A stretch of 64,000 nt of DNA from Squalus acanthias (lineage: Eukaryota). The notes below the pieces were generated by a model that was given only the letters and a program-made list of their open reading frames with translations, was not told the DNA's origin and made no database searches. The stretch is taken from positions 10,106,001-10,170,000 of the forward strand of contig CM059432.1 in the NCBI GenBank assembly GCA_030390025.1, read 5' to 3'. Shown here one piece after another: positions 63,713 to 64,000 of the stretch (the stretch's first letter is position 1; every line of letters begins with the position of its first letter). The position numbers were made by a program, and so were the translations under genes.

Positions 63713-64000
63713 AAGTAATCAAAAAGGCAAATGGAATGATGGCCTTTATTGGAAGGGGGTTGGTGTATAAAAGCAGGGAAGTCCTGCTACAACTGTATAA
63801 GGTATTGGTGAGACCACACCTTGAGTACTGTGTACAGTTTCGGTCTCCTTATTTAAGGAAGGATATACTTGCATTGGAGGCAGTTCAGAGACGATTCACT
63901 AGGTTAATTCCAGAGATGAGGTGGTTGACTTATGAAGAAAGGTTGAGCAGGTTGGGCCTATACTCATTGGAATTTAGAAGAATGAGAGGTGATCTTATTG
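63713..64000 (+). mobile_element. CR1 RT fragment running off the window
   Basis: KKANGM..., LVRPHLEYCVQF. Confidence 0.9.

Overview
Repeat-dense vertebrate genomic DNA with no recognisable host protein-coding exon. It is most likely an intron or intergenic region of a cartilaginous fish (inferred from V-SINE/HE1-like and Deu-domain/SacSINE1-like SINEs plus abundant CR1). Almost every long ORF in the track is LINE reverse transcriptase/endonuclease, Harbinger-derived, or a low-complexity artefact. Contents: many CR1 copies (one near full length with ORF1 esterase), L2 and RTE fragments, Penelope-like ends carrying minimal hammerhead ribozymes, a PIF/Harbinger deletion series with MITEs, a 1,673-bp solo LTR, a 1.8-kb C-rich minisatellite and a local inverted duplication. 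Most striking is a 3.2-kb single-ORF CR1-group LINE (17911-21106). It begins with a tRNA-like A-box/B-box head, was inserted as one TSD-bounded unit, and by manual scan has no TTTT Pol III terminator on its sense strand. An internally deleted SINE version lies at 24575-25011. Together these suggest a candidate Pol III-transcribed LINE. All coordinates and alignments were read by eye; family names come from motif recognition, not database searches.
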